A stretch of 64,000 nucleotides of DNA from Azolla caroliniana (taxonomy: Eukaryota; Plantae; Polypodiophyta). Below the pieces are notes generated by a model, which saw only the letters and a list, made by a program, of their open reading frames with translations, was not told the DNA's origin and did not search any database. The translations under genes and the position numbers were made by a program. Position 1 is the stretch's first letter. The number at the start of each line of letters is the position of its first letter. Below are positions 60,807 to 64,000 of the stretch, piece by piece. Location: the NCBI GenBank assembly GCA_043228905.1, contig JBHGNT010000015.1:14136001-14200000 (forward strand). Direction: 5' to 3'.

Positions 60807-63800
60807 TTAAAGCAGATTGTTGCAGAGTGGGGAAGTGATAGTCTGAGAACCCCTGATACCCCACACAGGAAGAAACCTCCCGGAGCAAAACAAGTACGAA
60901 TCCGTCCAGATGGGGCATCTACGTACATGGCCGTAACCGGAGTAATGAAGAAAGAATTCCGAAAGGTGCAAGATGAGTTACGGTCTGCATCAATAATAAA
61001 AGAAGACGAAGAAATCGTGGGAGTAGTTGATGAAGTGTTCTATGGGAGCACGCTACAACAGCTTGAAGAGCTTGTAGAAGAGAATAACCAGGGAGACCAG
61101 GTAGTTCTGGTGGAATCAGTCGAGTGTGTATGAGATCATTGCGAAAATGGGGCGGGTTGCGCTCCGCAAAGAAGAAGCAATGGTATGTACGAAATATAAG
61201 ACCGTGGTAAAGAAGGTGAAACCGGTCGTGGAACCGTTGCCTGCCGATAGCGTACAAAAGAGGAAAGAAGTCTTGGGAGATCCGACACTTCGGAAGTCCG
61301 TTGATATTGGACATGCCTTCATGGATGAGACCCGGAAGAAACTTCGCATCGGTGGAGGTGGTTTCCTCTCACAAAATGAAGAAGAATGGTTTCGTGAGAT
61401 GTTGGAGTAGCATGGAAGAGCATTTGCATTCACATCAAAAGAGATAGGGTGTGTTGACCCAAAGATAGTGGAGCCGATGGTGATCTTGACAATTGATCAT
61501 GTGTCGTTGAACTTGAAGCTGATTCCGATGCCATGGGCGCATATTCCGAAAATCATTGACTTGCTCAAGGAGAAGGTGGCGAAGGGGATTCTAGAGCCAT
61601 CCAATGCTCCCTACTCAAATCGATGGTTTACAGTTCTGAAGAAGAATGGGTCACTTTGATTTATTCAAGATTTGCAACTAGTGAACAAGGTCACGATCCG
61701 GAATTCCGGAGTCAGACCGATAGTGGACGAATTTGCGGAAGCGTTTGCCGGTCGCGCGATATACTCCATCGGAGACCTATACTCCGGCGGGTATGACCAA
61801 TTCCAACTAGCCGTGGAGAGCCGAGACATCACAACCATGTGAACACCGATAGGATTAGTGCATGGTACCACAAGGCGTGACGAACTCGGTCACACGTATG
61901 ATGACTGCGATGAACAAGGTGCTCCAGGACTGCAGTCCAGAGATAATGATGTCGTTCCTAGATGACATTCCGATAAAAGGATGTGCAGTGGAAGAAAAAG
62001 ATGAGACTATGGATGAATGGGGATGCCGAAAGTTCCTAGTTGACCATATTCGCGATTGCGAGAAAGTGTTACGGAAGTTAGAAGATGTGCATCTAACGCT
62101 CTTCGGAGAGAAATCAGCATTCAGACAAGAAGAGATATTGGTAGTCGAACATCTATGTGGGCCCTACGGCCGAAGACCGTTGCCAGTCAAGATCGATGCA
62201 ATTCAAGCTATGAAAGAAATATGCGAGTCACAATCCGAAGTTCGTAGATTTCTTGGGGCATGTGCATTCTATCACATATGGATTCCGCACTATGCACACA
62301 TTGTGGACCCACTCTATCACTTGTTGCGGAAGGGGAAGAAGTTTGAATGGAATCCGGAACACACCGAAGCTGTAAAGAAGCTCATGAAATCACTACAAAG
62401 GGTAGAAGCACTTAAGAAGCCGAACTATGACCGATTATAGTAACGGTTGATACAAGTCCAACCGGGATCAGATGGGTCATCAATCATGCCGATTCGGATG
62501 GTTCGCAATATCCGATCCGATTCAGAGCACAGGTTCTCAACGAAAGGCAACGCGGATATGCACAAGTTAAAAGAGAATTATGGGGAGTTGTGTCGATGAT
62601 AAAATCAGATTGAGATTACTTGATTGGAGCTGAAGAAGAATACGAGGGAGAAAGTGCTGCAACAAATCGAGAAAGTGCTGCAACAAATCGAGGAATCATT
62701 GGACAATAACGAAAAGAGAGCCAAGATCCAAAGTAAGAAGCGGCAAATCCAAAGGTTTTTCATGAACAATGGATTAATCTGGAGGGAGCTGAAAAGACTG
62801 AATGGTATACCACTACGGGTAGTCGGAACAAAAGAGCAACGAAACCGGATAATGTATGAATTTCACGAATCCGATTGGGTTGGACATTGGGGAACATGGG
62901 CAACATTTGCAAAGATCAAACAAAAATATTGGTGGAAGAATATGTACAAAGATGTAGCAGAGTTCACGGAAAGTTGTGAGAAATGTCAAATCTACTCCGG
63001 AGTTCGACATCGAGATGAATTACATCCAACATTCTCACTGACAATCAACTTCAAATGGATGGTCGGCATTGCGGCCATGCCAACCGGGATCGGAATAAAC
63101 AAGTACTTGGTGTAAGCTCGGGAAGATCTGACAAACCAAGTAGAAGGACAGGCACTATGAAGGAAAACATGTTCCACAGTATGCCAATTTCTCTTGGAAG
63201 AAGTGTTTTGCAAGTACAGGTGCGTAGGACAAGTGATTGTGGATGGGGAAGAACTTGACTCTAATAAAGCCAGGGAATTCTTCGTCAGACATGGAGTACG
63301 GTTAACACTAACCACAACATACAATCCGGAAGCCAACGGAAAGATTGAGCGAGGACATAGCCCAATCGTTAAAGCACTTGCAAAAGCATGTGATGGAAGG
63401 GTGAAGAATTGGCCACAGATGCTTCTGTATGCACTATGGGTGGATCGCACGACGCATAGTTCCGTGACCGGTTATATGCCAGCCGAACTTATGACCGGAC
63501 AAGCACCGACAATGCCGACGGAAACCGCGATTGCAACATGGACAGTGCTACCATGGAAGGAAGAAATGAGCCGGGAAGAACTACTAGAGGTCCGGATACG
63601 ACAACTAGAGGGAAGACAAGAAGACATAGCGGAAGCAACACGCCAACAACAGGAAGCGCGATTCCGGAACAAAAGTCGATTCAACACAAAGCATCGACTA
63701 CGACCACGGAAGATTGAAGAAGGAGACTGGGTGATTGTCTATGACAGTAGTTTGGATCATCAACTTACAACGATACGGAAGTTTGCTAAAAGGTGGTTCG

Positions 63801-64000
63801 GGCCATACGAGGTTCAGAGACGACATAGCCGAATCGGAAAGTTTTTGACCACGGAACTTACCGACTTGCGAGATGGATGGAACAGTACTACAGGTGCCTA
63901 TAGCGGGGAAACGGGTGAAGATTTTCAAGAAGCGGACTGACGACAAACCTTATGTAAGTTTAGACAAGGCCACCAACGAGGAGCAATCAGACAAAGATCG

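Larger units (their letters stand above)
57739..64000 (+). mobile_element. Gypsy G: tRNA-Trp-primed, autonomous-type Ty3/Gypsy element (degenerate, truncated by the window end)
   Basis: LTR about 57739-58426 (TGTTG...CGACA), PBS 58431-58448 identical to D, gag from 58466, CIWCDSTEHDRRDC, LIDHGSEIN protease, FLDDIPIKG RT, RNase H, integrase (YNPEANGKIER, RWFGPY). Confidence 0.9.

Overview
Transposon-only, heterochromatin-like window from a land-plant genome. The Tcn1-type chromovirus, Sola-like transposase and style of the PLS-PPR fragment suggest a non-seed plant such as a fern, lycophyte or moss (inference). There is no intact host gene. Target-site duplications (TSDs) and restored reading frames resolve 1-49 kb into one nested stack. 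An old minus-strand Copia (X: 1-1219, 5371-5734, 48255-49077) was hit by Copia A (1220-5365, TSD GTGTG) and by a Tcn1-like chromovirus (5735 to ~48257, gag N-terminus inverted). The chromovirus was in turn hit by four elements: (1) Gypsy B (5813-15909), which carries a ~970-aa extra ORF with its own candidate promoter; (2) Copia C (20263-30566, TSD AGAAT), containing gag-only tRNA-Trp-primed element D (23979-28544); (3) a deleted hAT carrying a PPR fragment (31061-37281, 8-bp TSD), with a solo LTR in its right TIR; (4) Copia E (37353-47899, TSD GGCTC), containing near-intact Copia F (41690-46960, TSD CTTCC). The rest is an intron-containing Sola2-like DDD transposon with a convergent second gene, a solo LTR and satellite arrays, followed by tRNA-Trp-primed Gypsy G running off the window. 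Most interesting: the Trp-primed Gypsy group (gag-only satellite element, 4-bp CG-centred targets, antisense Pol III A/B-box cassettes in LTRs, candidate -1 frameshift after protease), the extra-ORF cassette of Gypsy B, a capsid-domain swap between Copia E and F, and strong CCGG enrichment in young elements.
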